A stretch of 64,000 bases of DNA, from contig CBDETO010000005.1 in the NCBI GenBank assembly GCA_965243065.1, forward strand, positions 987,520 to 1,051,519. Reading direction: 5' to 3'. The translations under genes and the position numbers were made by a program. The notes beneath the pieces were generated by a model, which had not been told where the DNA came from, made no database searches, and worked only from the letters and a program-made list of their open reading frames with translations. This stretch comes from Bdellovibrionales bacterium (GTDB lineage Bacteria > Bdellovibrionota > Bdellovibrionia > Bdellovibrionales > UBA1609). This document shows, in pieces, positions 20,057 to 30,400 of the stretch; positions within the stretch are counted from its first letter, which is position 1; each line of letters begins with the position of its first letter.

Positions 20057-20097
20057 GGAATCCCCGCCCCCGCTTTCGCTGGAAAAACCTCGCGGAG
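20057..20097. repeat. hairpin repeat family member
   Basis: GGAATCCCCGCCCCCGCTTTCGCTGGAAAAACCTCGCGGAG, just upstream of der. Confidence 0.6.
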
Positions 20098-20113
20098 ATA
20101 TGTTTGCAAAATT

Positions 20114-21157
20114 TTATTGGGTATCTGCTGTTTCCACTAAGAAGCGCAACACCAAATTTTTAGCCTCTTGATAACCCTTCTCTAAATAGACATCACCTAT
20201 TAAAACATAAAAAGCATTCTCTATATTATAAGGTCTTTCTGGATGATTCCATATCACATTAAAAACTTGCTCCAAAAGACTTCTATCTTCGTGATTTAAA
20301 CGATCTAAATCTATTTTATAAATAGATTCCCGCAATAATCTCCTCTTTTTATGTAAATATTCCACTTTTTTATTAGGGTATTGCTCCATCACTATTTCTG
20401 TAATCAATAATATTAAACCTGCAAGTCCTACAACTTGCACTTTGTTCCTGTAAAAGTATTTTATAGGAAACTGGAGCTGTTCTATTTTTTTCCACTCTGC
20501 GAAATGCATACTAGAACGATTCAAATCCGTATATTCTACTCCATTTATGATCCCTGTATCAATAGCTACATTAACCAAACGAACTACCAGCTTTTTAGCT
20601 TCTCGATAACCTCCATCTAAATACACCGCCCCCACCAAAGCTTCCAATACCTTCGCCAACAAAATTGATTTTCTGTTGCTACTTACATCTTTTCCAGCAT
20701 ATTGATCTAATTTAAGAGAAAAAGCCAACGCAACCATAGCCCTGTTTGCTTTCAAGTGATTCCACCCTTTCATTAATTCTATATAACGACCGGGAGGATA
20801 TTGACTTACTAATGTATCAAAGGCATAAAAATTAAAAACAGCATCTCCTAAAAACTCTAATCGCCGACTGTGAAAATAATGTTTTCCATGTTCTCTTATT
20901 TGATCTTTGTTCGTAGCTGTAAAGTAGTGTAGAGCATCTGTCTTTAGTTTTTGATTTTTAAAAGAGTACCCTAAACTTCTCTCTAATAAACCATCCGGGA
21001 CATTTTGAGGCACATCCGATGGAATATAAATAAATATACTTTCTTTATTTCTTTTAAAACCATCCGAACACTCTTCACCAATAATATAAAAATGAATTAA
21101 ACACAGTAGAACACAAACAAAAAAAGGGTTCCTATAAATAAACACTCTAATAGCCAC
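20114..21157 (-). CDS. RNase III paralogue with N-terminal hydrophobic anchor and a second, degenerate RNase III-like domain; no dsRBD
   Basis: RRLEFLGDAVFNF and VLEALVGAVYLDGGYREAKKLVVRLV are near-identical to the adjacent rnc. The C-terminal half repeats the pattern (VVGLAGLILLITEIVMEQYP ... AFYVLIGDVYLEKGYQEAKNLVLRFL) without the acidic residues. Confidence 0.7.
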   Translation of the reverse strand: MAIRVFIYRNPFFVCVLLCLIHFYIIGEECSDGFKRNKESIFIYIPSDVPQNVPDGLLERSLGYSFKNQKLKTDALHYFTATNKDQIREHGKHYFHSRRLEFLGDAVFNFYAFDTLVSQYPPGRYIELMKGWNHLKANRAMVALAFSLKLDQYAGKDVSSNRKSILLAKVLEALVGAVYLDGGYREAKKLVVRLVNVAIDTGIINGVEYTDLNRSSMHFAEWKKIEQLQFPIKYFYRNKVQVVGLAGLILLITEIVMEQYPNKKVEYLHKKRRLLRESIYKIDLDRLNHEDRSLLEQVFNVIWNHPERPYNIENAFYVLIGDVYLEKGYQEAKNLVLRFLVETADTQ

Positions 21158-21176
21158 ACTCCCTGTACTTATACTG

Positions 21177-21256
21177 AACCGATATAGAATCCCCTTTTTT
21201 CGTTTGGGTCTTGCCCCTTTAGAAACAAAAAGCGGGGAGCAATCCGAATTGGTATA
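21177..21256. repeat. composite palindromic repeat (related to 4681..4742)
   Basis: GAACCGATATAGAATCCCC ... GCGGGGAGCAATCCGAATTGGTATA lies between the two RNase III genes. Confidence 0.5.
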
Positions 21257-21442
21257 TTATGTTCTATAAAGATATTCCCATTTTTTGTAAATATATTTTG
21301 TAAATAATATGAAAAAATTAATAATCTGTTATAATATTTTCACACTTATCTACCCACCACATCCAATATCTTGGGGTCGTATTAACTTCATAATACGCAC
21401 AAAAGAAGAACCATATAACAGACCCCAGAATTCGTAATTTTC

Positions 21443-22189
21443 TCACTCCTGCTTTTGAGAGATAGGAGCTATTCCTAGTTTTTTTAAAGCGGCTAGAGCC
21501 GCTTCCTGCGTGGCTTGTTTTTTACTGGACCCTTTTCCCTGGCCTAAAACCTTTTGATCCATTTGCACTTCCATTACAAAGACTTTATCATGTTGAGGTC
21601 CTTTTATTTCCACTGTACTATAGGTGGGAACTTTCTGAAATTTCTTCTGAATACACTCTTGAAGGAAGCTTTTATAATCTTTATTCACCGGTCCGGTTTT
21701 TATGGCCTCCCCCACTAACCGCATCACCAATTTTTTAGCTTGCTTATATCCCCCATCCAGATAAACCGCCCCCACTAAAGCCTCCAATACACAAGCTAGA
21801 AGCCGAGGTTTTAATTTTCCTCTATCTCTTTCTTCAGCAGCACTCAATTTCAGATCCTTATCCAAGCCTAAAAAAAGAGCTAAATCAGCCAGATCATTTG
21901 TATTCACCAACGAAGCCCGCATCTTAGATAGCTCTCCTTCATCTGCAAAAGGGTATTCCTGCATCAATAAATCACTCACACACAAATCAAAAACAGCATC
22001 CCCTAAAAATTCCAAACGTTCGTTATGAAAATCATTTCCCTTTTCTCCGGCTAAACTCTTATGAGTTAAAGCGCGTATTTTTAAATTTTTGTTTTTAAAA
22101 GAATAAGCAATACGGCTTTCCAATGAAAGATCGGAAGAGGGCCCTTTTCTTCTCTGCCATAGTGAACGAACAAAAGTTTTCATACTCAT
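21443..22189 (-). CDS. rnc: ribonuclease III
   Basis: NERLEFLGDAVFDL signature, VLEALVGAVYLDGG, and a C-terminal dsRBD (GPQHDKVF...GKGSSKKQATQEAALAALKKL). Confidence 0.9.
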   Translation of the reverse strand: MSMKTFVRSLWQRRKGPSSDLSLESRIAYSFKNKNLKIRALTHKSLAGEKGNDFHNERLEFLGDAVFDLCVSDLLMQEYPFADEGELSKMRASLVNTNDLADLALFLGLDKDLKLSAAEERDRGKLKPRLLACVLEALVGAVYLDGGYKQAKKLVMRLVGEAIKTGPVNKDYKSFLQECIQKKFQKVPTYSTVEIKGPQHDKVFVMEVQMDQKVLGQGKGSSKKQATQEAALAALKKLGIAPISQKQE

Positions 22190-22196
22190 AAACTAA

Positions 22197-23597
22197 CTAC
22201 CCCTCCACAAAATCACCTGTTAAACATCCATCCTTTTCATTAACAGAACGGATATACATGCGACACTCCGTACTTATACCCATTTGGTTTGATCCCCGCC
22301 TCAAAGGGAACAAGGGTTTTCTAGCCGTTTTTTTCTCTACCAAGGGGACACACGTCCCCAAGGGAACAAGAGTTCCCAAAGGAAAAGAGCCTCTATCAGA
22401 CCAACTCACTTTCCAATAATCCCGACTAATACCTATTTGTTCTTTTTTTCTAAGAGGCAATACATATTTAATACTCCCAATTTGCTTTTGACTTTCCTTT
22501 TTTAATCGTTCCTCACTTAAATGTCTGAGCAAGGCCGCTCGTTTCATAACAAGAGAACGAGGCCAAGCGGAATAAGCTTTTTCTGCATAAGTATAGCGAC
22601 GGGGACTATACGGAAAAACATGTATTTTTGTCCACGGCCAATCTTTTAAACGAAAATAGGCATCCTCAAATTGTTTTTGACTTTCTCCAGCAAAACCGGC
22701 AATAAGATCCATTCCCACAAAAGCCAAAGGCAGTTTTTTATGAATCCTAAGCAAACTATCTTCCACATCTTTTGCTGTATATTTTCTTTTCATCCTCTGT
22801 AATACATCAGAATCTACACTCTGAATACTTAAGTGAAAATGAGGGCAAACTCTAGGAGAGGTAAAAAGCTCTAATACCTCATTACTTAGTTCTATTGGTT
22901 CTAAACTGGATAACCTGATACGAGGTATTTTTGTTTGTTGCAATAAAATACGAATCAACTCTGCTAAACCCTTTTTTTCATCCCCAGGGATTCTATAGTC
23001 TCCTATATGCACCCCTGTCAGAACAACTTCCTGTACCCCCTCTTCATAATGTTTTTGAATAGCTCGTACTAAATCAGCAGGAGGAATACTGCGGCTTTTT
23101 CCTCTGGCAAACGGGATAATACAAAAAGTACAAAAGCTATCACAACCATCCTGAATTTTTAAAAACAATCTGGTATGACCGCTTTCTAATTGCCCCTCCG
23201 CTCCCAAGCTGTTTTTCCTAAAAATAGAGGATTTAAAAGTTTTTTCTTGTTTGCCACGCTCCTTCGATAAAATCTCAGCTAACTCCGACTTGTGAGAATT
23301 AGCTACAAGCAAATCCACCTCGGCTAAATTAGAAAACTTCTCTGTCTCCGCCTGAGCTGCACAACCCGTTATCACTATCTGACTTTGAGGATTTTTTTTT
23401 CGATAACGACGAACCCATCGTTGCGCCTCTTTAACGGCTTCTGCCGTTACGGCACAGGTATTTACAATATGCACCTTTACAGTAGAGTCGTTGAGAGGCC
23501 GTTCAACCCAGGTCTTTTCCTTTAGTGTTTTTTGAATTAAAGAACTGTCGTAGGTATTAACCTTACATCCAAAAGTTTTTATAGAATATTGTTTCAT
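22197..23597 (-). CDS. MiaB/RimO-family radical SAM methylthiotransferase (MtaB-like)
   Basis: N-terminal UPF0004 domain (TFGCKVNTYDS), radical SAM CDSFCTFCIIP, and a C-terminal TRAM-like region interrupted by repeat-derived sequence. Confidence 0.85.
   Translation of the reverse strand: MKQYSIKTFGCKVNTYDSSLIQKTLKEKTWVERPLNDSTVKVHIVNTCAVTAEAVKEAQRWVRRYRKKNPQSQIVITGCAAQAETEKFSNLAEVDLLVANSHKSELAEILSKERGKQEKTFKSSIFRKNSLGAEGQLESGHTRLFLKIQDGCDSFCTFCIIPFARGKSRSIPPADLVRAIQKHYEEGVQEVVLTGVHIGDYRIPGDEKKGLAELIRILLQQTKIPRIRLSSLEPIELSNEVLELFTSPRVCPHFHLSIQSVDSDVLQRMKRKYTAKDVEDSLLRIHKKLPLAFVGMDLIAGFAGESQKQFEDAYFRLKDWPWTKIHVFPYSPRRYTYAEKAYSAWPRSLVMKRAALLRHLSEERLKKESQKQIGSIKYVLPLRKKEQIGISRDYWKVSWSDRGSFPLGTLVPLGTCVPLVEKKTARKPLFPLRRGSNQMGISTECRMYIRSVNEKDGCLTGDFVEG
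22291..22378. repeat. hairpin repeats lying in frame inside the methylthiotransferase 3' region
   Basis: GATCCCCGCC..., GGGGACACACGTCCCC and GGGAACAAGAGTTCCC palindromes, translated as GSFPLGTLVPLGTCVPLVEKKTARKPLFPLRRGSNQ. Confidence 0.6.
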
Positions 23598-23702
23598 TTA
23601 TACTCATCCTATTTTTATACCAATCGCACTTAAAAATTCCGGACCTAAAGACTTAGCTGCTCCAGGAAAAAGAACCAAAAAGTTACAAAAAAGCTTATCT
23701 CC

Positions 23703-24332
23703 GTGGAAACGAGCATAATACCCTATTGGGTATACTTTCTGCCTTTGCCTTTAATATCCTATTGCCGGTTTCGGCTTTTTCTGATATGTTTATACATCAA
23801 ACACAAAAAGGAGTTTACTATTTTTAAAAGAAAAACGCCACCACCAAAAACAAACGGAGTTCTGGAGATCAATATCGGTATTCCAGAATATAATAGGCTG
23901 CGTATTGCAGAAAAACTATCAAACCTACTAGCGGATACTTACCTTCTCTATATTAAAACACATAATTATCACTGGAATGTAACAGGACCTTTATTTCAAA
24001 CCCTACATCTTATGTTTGAAACCCAATATAAAGAACTAGCTACGGCTATAGATGTTATAGCCGAAAGAATCCGGGCATTAGGAGTACCCGCCCCTGGTTC
24101 GTATGCGCAATTTATTGAATTAAGTTCCTTAACAGAGGAAGCAGCTATACCCAAGGCTACAGACATGATAAAAAACCTCACTCTTGACCATGAGCGGATA
24201 ACACAAACCGCCCGCTCTGTTTTTCCCGTAGCGGAAAAAGGAGACGATGAAGCCACATTAGACTTACTCACTCAACGGATTCAGATACATGAAAAAACCG
24301 CATGGATGTTAAGAAGCCTTCTGGAAGAATAA
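23703..24332 (+). CDS. dps: Dps (DNA protection during starvation) ferritin-like protein
   Basis: [35 protein letters not shown] is the Dps ferroxidase region. The track start (GTG 23703) adds a ~40-aa hydrophobic prefix. AAGGAG-N6-ATT at 23820 would give a normal 170-aa Dps. Confidence 0.85.
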   Translation: METSIIPYWVYFLPLPLISYCRFRLFLICLYIKHKKEFTIFKRKTPPPKTNGVLEINIGIPEYNRLRIAEKLSNLLADTYLLYIKTHNYHWNVTGPLFQTLHLMFETQYKELATAIDVIAERIRALGVPAPGSYAQFIELSSLTEEAAIPKATDMIKNLTLDHERITQTARSVFPVAEKGDDEATLDLLTQRIQIHEKTAWMLRSLLEE

Positions 24333-24333
24333 G

Positions 24334-24987
24334 CTAAATTATATCAAGTGGAATGTCCCTGAAAAGTGGACAGTGAGTAAGCATCATTTTTTGTCCCCAG
24401 AAAGGGTGTTTTATTATAGCTCCTTGTTCTGAACAGAATTCTGGAAATTTTTTACAAGAAAAATTAATTTCAGAAAGAACGGAAGGGGAAAGATCAAAAA
24501 TCTCACCCGTACAACTCGCAGAGAGAGCAGATGCAGAATTTTGGCTTATGCTATTTGATCTGTTTTGATGTAGTACTGGTGTAAATTCCGGACGGCAGTA
24601 TTTTACAGAACTTTGTTTTTCGATTTGTTCACATACTTCATAAGCTGTATTTAAGCTCAAAACATTTTTTAAATTTTGGTTGTGCTTTTCCAACCATGAA
24701 AAACTCCATAGTTTTAGTTCTTCCATTTCTTCTGATTTTTTTAAGCCTGCCTTTCTTGCTAGCTGAAGGATTTCTATCGTTTCTTCTTTATCCGGCATCT
24801 TATTGAATACTACTAATATTCCATTCAACTTAAGCTCTTTGTTGTTATTTTGAAAAACAAACTTAGAAGCAGAAGTATTTTTAGCCTGAGCATGGACTAA
24901 AAATATAAAATTATTTAGAAGGCATATAAAAGAAATCAAAAATAAAAACATATTTTTAATACTAAAGGTATAGCTAAAAATAATCAA
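24334..24987 (-). CDS. hypothetical secreted/membrane protein
   Basis: 217-aa ORF with an N-terminal hydrophobic segment (FLFLISFICLLNNFIFLVHA). No motif recognised. Confidence 0.4.
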   Translation of the reverse strand: MIIFSYTFSIKNMFLFLISFICLLNNFIFLVHAQAKNTSASKFVFQNNNKELKLNGILVVFNKMPDKEETIEILQLARKAGLKKSEEMEELKLWSFSWLEKHNQNLKNVLSLNTAYEVCEQIEKQSSVKYCRPEFTPVLHQNRSNSISQNSASALSASCTGEIFDLSPSVLSEINFSCKKFPEFCSEQGAIIKHPFWGQKMMLTHCPLFRDIPLDII

Positions 24988-25108
24988 ATATTTTTCCTCT
25001 CAAAAGCTAACTCTTAAGACATAACCCCAATCTCACCGAGAGTTCGAAACAAGCTTTAAAAAGCAACTAGTGACTCAAATTGAAACTGGTCTCATATTAA
25101 TACAACAA

Positions 25109-26185
25109 CTAAGAACGCCAGGATTGCCAATAGGACTGTATTTCTAAAGCAGAAAGCTCTTTTGTCCTATATAAAATATTTCTTGAATCTAGCATCACAG
25201 CATATTCATTAGTATGAGTTTTACCCTTAATAGCCTGAATCGCTTTAGGATGTGGCCCATGCGGGAATCCCGCCGGATGAAGGCTCATCATGCCTGCTCG
25301 CAAATTATCTCGGCTAAAAAAATCCCCTTTATGATAAAAAATAACTTCATCATAATCCGTGTTTTGATGATAAAAAGGCACTTTTAAGGCATCTGCGTCT
25401 TGCTCCAAAGGACGAGGTAAAAAACTACACACAATAAAATGGTCCGTTACAAATGTGGTATGCACACTAGGTGGAAGGTGCGCACGATGGCTCATTATAG
25501 GCATAATATCCTGCATATCTAAAGTAAAAGGAAAAAGGTCTCCCTTCCATTCCACTACATCAAAAATACATTCATCATAAGTAAAATAAGTAACTTTATT
25601 TTGATGATAAACAGTAATTTTTTTTAACTCCAGTTTACTCTCTTTTAAGTAAGTATAAAGAGCTTCTAAGTCCGGCCTTGTTAAAGAGTCCTTATCATAA
25701 AGGCCATGACGACCCAAAAGCCCCCTGTCCGGCTCTCTAAAATGGCCTTTCAAACTTTCTATAATAAAAAAACTAGAAGGTTTTGTAGGAATAAAGACAT
25801 GAGTAAAGCATTTAGGAATCAAAACATATTGACCGGCAGAATATTTTAAAAGCCCGTATTCCGTAAGAACAACACCTTCCCCTTCATGGCAAAAACAAAG
25901 GAGGTCCCCATCCGCACTGCGGAAAGCTGTTTGAGGAGGAGATGTACAATGGTAAAAATGAACATTCACATTATCATTATAAAGTAGTTTCTGCCAGCTT
26001 TCTCCACCTGCTTTTATCTTGGGTAAATCAAAGAGTCGTGGTTTAAGGTCACCTTCAATATGAGTCCATCTTGTACTCGGTTTTTTTTTAATTAAATGAG
26101 AAACAGGACCATAAAAACCCCACTGCCCCTGCTCTTCTTCAAAATGCCCAGCCGGTATATTTTTATGAGGATGTCTTTTTTTCAT
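25109..26185 (-). CDS. hmgA: homogentisate 1,2-dioxygenase (short form)
   Basis: 358 aa. GHFEEEQGQWGFYGPVSHL and HPAGFPHGPHP are typical of the HGD family. Confidence 0.75.
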   Translation of the reverse strand: MKKRHPHKNIPAGHFEEEQGQWGFYGPVSHLIKKKPSTRWTHIEGDLKPRLFDLPKIKAGGESWQKLLYNDNVNVHFYHCTSPPQTAFRSADGDLLCFCHEGEGVVLTEYGLLKYSAGQYVLIPKCFTHVFIPTKPSSFFIIESLKGHFREPDRGLLGRHGLYDKDSLTRPDLEALYTYLKESKLELKKITVYHQNKVTYFTYDECIFDVVEWKGDLFPFTLDMQDIMPIMSHRAHLPPSVHTTFVTDHFIVCSFLPRPLEQDADALKVPFYHQNTDYDEVIFYHKGDFFSRDNLRAGMMSLHPAGFPHGPHPKAIQAIKGKTHTNEYAVMLDSRNILYRTKELSALEIQSYWQSWRS

Positions 26186-26220
26186 TTTGCATTCCTCCTT
26201 TTTTCATCCCAGCCTTCTCT

Positions 26221-26244
26221 GTCACCCTCGCAAAAGCGGGGGTC
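26221..26244. repeat. hairpin repeat family member (GTCACCCTCGCAAAAGCGGGGGTC)
   Basis: GC-rich stem with a tetraloop, in the hmgA / secG intergenic region. Confidence 0.5.
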
Positions 26245-26413
26245 TAGTAGTTTTGAATGAAAGAGGTTTTTCTTTTTAAAACTACTACTCTAAAATAACA
26301 AAAATATAAATAAAATCAAGTTGTTAGAATTTTTTCAGGACCGACTAACGGGTATATATCAAAAAAAACTAATTTTATTGACTAATTCTAAAAAAAAATC
26401 TTATAAGCAGTAT

Positions 26414-26947
26414 ATGTTCACTTTTCTCTCTATAGTTCATATTATCGCTTCTGTTATTATGATCCTCTTTATCCTTCTTCAAGATCCCAAAGGAGGAGGA
26501 GGGGCTTTTGGAATAATAGGAGGTGGTGGATCTAAAAGTCTTTTTGGAAACACCGGAGGAAATCAATTTTTAGTCAATGTTACCAAGTTCATGGCTGTTA
26601 TTTTTGCCTTTACCTCTATCTATCTAGCTGCCTTAAGCTCCCAAAAAGAAGACAGTGTCATGGACGAATACACACAGGAAGCCCCTAATAAACCTATGGA
26701 ACAACAAGACAAACCACCTGTAGAAACAAACAAAGATACACCCCCTAATGAAGCAACAAAAAAAAACACTTCCAAAAAAACAAAACCGGCATTACACCCT
26801 GTAGAAGAACAAGCTCCTCTGCCTTCGTCTCAAAATTTAGGTGAACAAAAAGAAAGTGATGCAAATAAATCAAATACAAGCCCTTCCAATAAAGTGAACT
26901 CCCCTCCCACACAGCCAACAAAAGAGGAAGAAAATAATCAAAAATAA
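26414..26947 (+). CDS. secG: preprotein translocase subunit SecG with low-complexity C-terminal extension
   Basis: MFTFLSIVHIIASVIMILFILLQDPKGGG...GGGSKSLFG is canonical SecG (ATG 26414). About 70 extra Pro/Lys/Glu/Asn-rich residues follow. Confidence 0.8.
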   Translation: MFTFLSIVHIIASVIMILFILLQDPKGGGGAFGIIGGGGSKSLFGNTGGNQFLVNVTKFMAVIFAFTSIYLAALSSQKEDSVMDEYTQEAPNKPMEQQDKPPVETNKDTPPNEATKKNTSKKTKPALHPVEEQAPLPSSQNLGEQKESDANKSNTSPSNKVNSPPTQPTKEEENNQK

Positions 26948-27474
26948 GAGGGGATTTAAACAAAATAGCGGCTTTACAGACATCCTCTTTAGGAAGAAAA
27001 AAAGAGACAATGGAAAAATTCAAACTGGACTGTTACAAATCAAGTCTTTTTTTTTCCTCTGTTTTTTTGTACTTTTTATATCTGTAGGAAATACCAGCCC
27101 CCCCGCTGTTCCCTACATGGATCAAGTGATAAGTAGAAAAAAAATCATCATTATTGATAAGTGTTCGAAACACATTAAAACACATACCACAGGATTTATA
27201 ATGATAGAGGTAAAAATCTCGCCAAAAAAAAACACTCAGGCCAGGCTGATAGCTACAGAACTAAAGAGCAAAGAGTTTTTAAATTGCACTTTATCTATAT
27301 TAAATAGAATTCAATTTAAAAAAATGAGAACCTACCCTTTAACCCGCATTTACCGTTTTTTTGTGTTATAATCTGTACTAGTCCCGACGAATTGTTGAAA
27401 AAAACAGGTTCCCGTTTTGACAAAAGTGTAAATCTATCAAAACATAAAGCAGGTTTACCTTAATAGAAGCTGTT

Positions 27475-30400
27475 TTAACAAGAAGAATTTTGCAATTGAG
27501 TTATCTTCTTATTAATATCTTCTATTTTTTGCTTCGTATCTTCTACATCATATAAAATAATTTGCTTATTATCAGAAGAATCAATGTTATCCCAATATTT
27601 TATCATATATTGAATACCAAGAGGTTCAAAAGCACCTTTACCTGATTTTAAATCAACAGAAGTAGTACCACTTGGACAGCTTTCAGTTAATTTGCGTAAT
27701 GAATAGGGTAACTTATTTTTTACACATAGGCGATAATACTTTCCCATATCTATTAGGCTATGTGATACCTTACAATAATAAGGGCTTTCTCCAAGAACAC
27801 TCCCACTAGAGCATCCCCCCCAACCATTATACCGACGACAACGTCTGGTGCTCGTTATACTATTTATATCAGGTAGATTAAGAGAACCAACCACACCCTT
27901 TGTAGTCATATATGTACCTGCTGTACGAACAGCATTTCTAGCCTCACTTCTTTTGGATTTTAAAAATATAGATCCCATTGGCCAAGGCCGACTTAGTCGT
28001 AAATTCTTAACAAAAGGAGGATTTTCTTGTGCTGCAGTGCCATTCTCATACCTATGCCTTAAAGCCACCCAGGCCATAGGATTTGCCACCGTTTTTTGAT
28101 ATAAAAAAGAGTTGGGAGGCATATCACTGTCAGAAACTCCTGGATTTGGATAAGGGTACTGGTCATCATTGCTGTTTAAAGCCAGCATGGCCTTAACCCA
28201 ATCCATACTGGACTCAGGAGGTACAAAACGACCTCCATACATATTACATTTTTCAACCCCCTCTGTGGCTTTACCTTTCGTATTACTTATAAAAAAATGA
28301 TCTTTATTTGAACCGGATTTTTTCTGACATACAAAGGGCAGCTCCTCACTAGCCGGTTGTGGTGAAAGTCCCTTCCACCGAATATTATGAGACAAAGCCA
28401 TATATTGCTCATCACTAAAACTCTCACTGTCGTCTCTCAACAAAATAGGAGAATGGGCATTGGCTTTACTAAAATAAAGAGAAAAAGGCGCGTCTTTAGC
28501 CACCAAGGCCCAAGGAGGAGAAGCTACCACTGCGCCACCGGCATCCCACTCCATAGCAGTCCATAATTTATATCCCGCTCTCCTTGCCACCTCACTACTG
28601 ATAAAAGCCTTTATCACTTCCTCAATACTAGTAGGTAAAATAGACAAATTAAGGGGAGGAGGAGCTAAAAACAAGCCTCTGCTAACATTATTAATGAAAT
28701 TGAATTTTAAATTACTGGGGTTTTCCAGAGTAAAACTAGATGTGTTATCTCCCGGTAAAGCGGTCACTGCCGATATGGCCTTCTGAGCTGAATTCCCATT
28801 ATCATTTGGTTGATAAGTATTAAAAAGTAGAATAGCTAAATCATAATATCGCCCCTTTTCCCTGCCCATTTCAAAGCAAATCTTCTGAGCGTCTCGAAAT
28901 GGAGCCGTAATCCATTGTAAAGGCTGCGTGGTATTATTTGAAAGCCTCATCGCCGGATAATAATGTCCATTCACAAAACAAAGAACAGGTAATTTGCTGG
29001 TACACTTTACTGCCTCATACTGAGTGTCACGAAAATCCTTAAAAGAGTCTAAACTATTAAAATTCTTTACAGCTATACCTTTACATCCATTATCTCCCGG
29101 ATCATATAAGGCTCCCTGATTAGCAGCTGTAGAAGGTAAATTCCTTATATATCTATATTTGTCTTTAATGGAACATTCAGGAACTTGACCATCTAAAGGT
29201 TCATCGGCCAAGCCATATATAAACTGTTGGCTTCCTTGTTGATTTTGTGTAGTCACTATAGATTTTTCCGTATTGTAAGGACCGAAGGTCCCCAGTCCAT
29301 AACGATGACAGGCTTTCATGTGACATACAGTACAGCGCACCCGATTACTTACATCATTGCCATTACTTACATCACTGCTATAATCCTTTTCAAAAATCAT
29401 TCCATTCTTTTTGTCTTCGTGAATATTTATAACCGGATATACATAACTGGCTTCTTCCGTGGGCTTGTAAGTTTTACATATTTCCTGGCAAACAGGTGCT
29501 ATATCAGTCATAACCTCAAAACTACTGGCCCCCCTTGGTATGTTGAATTTTATATTATTCTTATTTCCTTCTATCCGCTTCCCTTTATTACTACTGTGAT
29601 ATAAGGAAAGTGTGCCGGATTCCAATACTCCGTCATCTGTACCATCTAGCTCTGAATTCCCTTTTTTTAAAGTTACATTAATAGCTTTGATGGGTAGGCT
29701 GCGAGGTTTGTAATTTATAACATTAAATGTAAATTGGAGATCATCGTAGTCAGCACTGTCATTTAATAACTCTTGTCTGCACTTGAATTTATTCTTTACA
29801 CAGCTGACTTTTGTATTTAAGCCAGATAAAGCAAATAAATCAAAGTTCTCCACCCTGCCAGCTTGGACAATATCTTCATTGATATTCAATATTTCTAGCT
29901 TACGAGAATGGCCACTAAATATAGGGCTGTTAAACACATTTCTGTTGAATGTGGTTCCAGGTCCTGTACCTGAAAATTTGACAATGGTTTTTTTACCGTC
30001 CACCGCCGTTATATTGCACTCACCTATCTCGTTAGCCCACACAATATCCGATGAGGAACTTTTATAAGTAGTCAATCCCTCATCCAACATACCTTCCCTC
30101 ATCAATTCAGTTCTCAGATAAAAAACCACTCTTTTAGAGTCTATAAGACTACCCCTTTGTTGATGGATATCAATAGAGTTAAATTGAGGAAAAACTTTTG
30201 GAATAATTTGAGCTATAGCATAAATAACCATACCGGCCGTCTCTTCACTGCCTCGATATACAAGACATCGGCTTAAATTGTTATTAGAAAAAGAAGCATT
30301 TATTTTTCTGCATTTTTCTTTTGCCGCATTCCCTGATAAAAGCTCCCATTCCGACTTTGAAAAAAAATACTTCCAACGGCTTTTATTCCAACTGCTTTTA

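Noticed and set aside
27117-27371. 84-aa ORF as a real gene; also 9157..9360, 39129..39371, 48459..48777 and 61858..62067
   Set aside because: These are short AT-rich intergenic ORFs with no SD or start context I could support and no recognisable motif. Several run through repeat elements.
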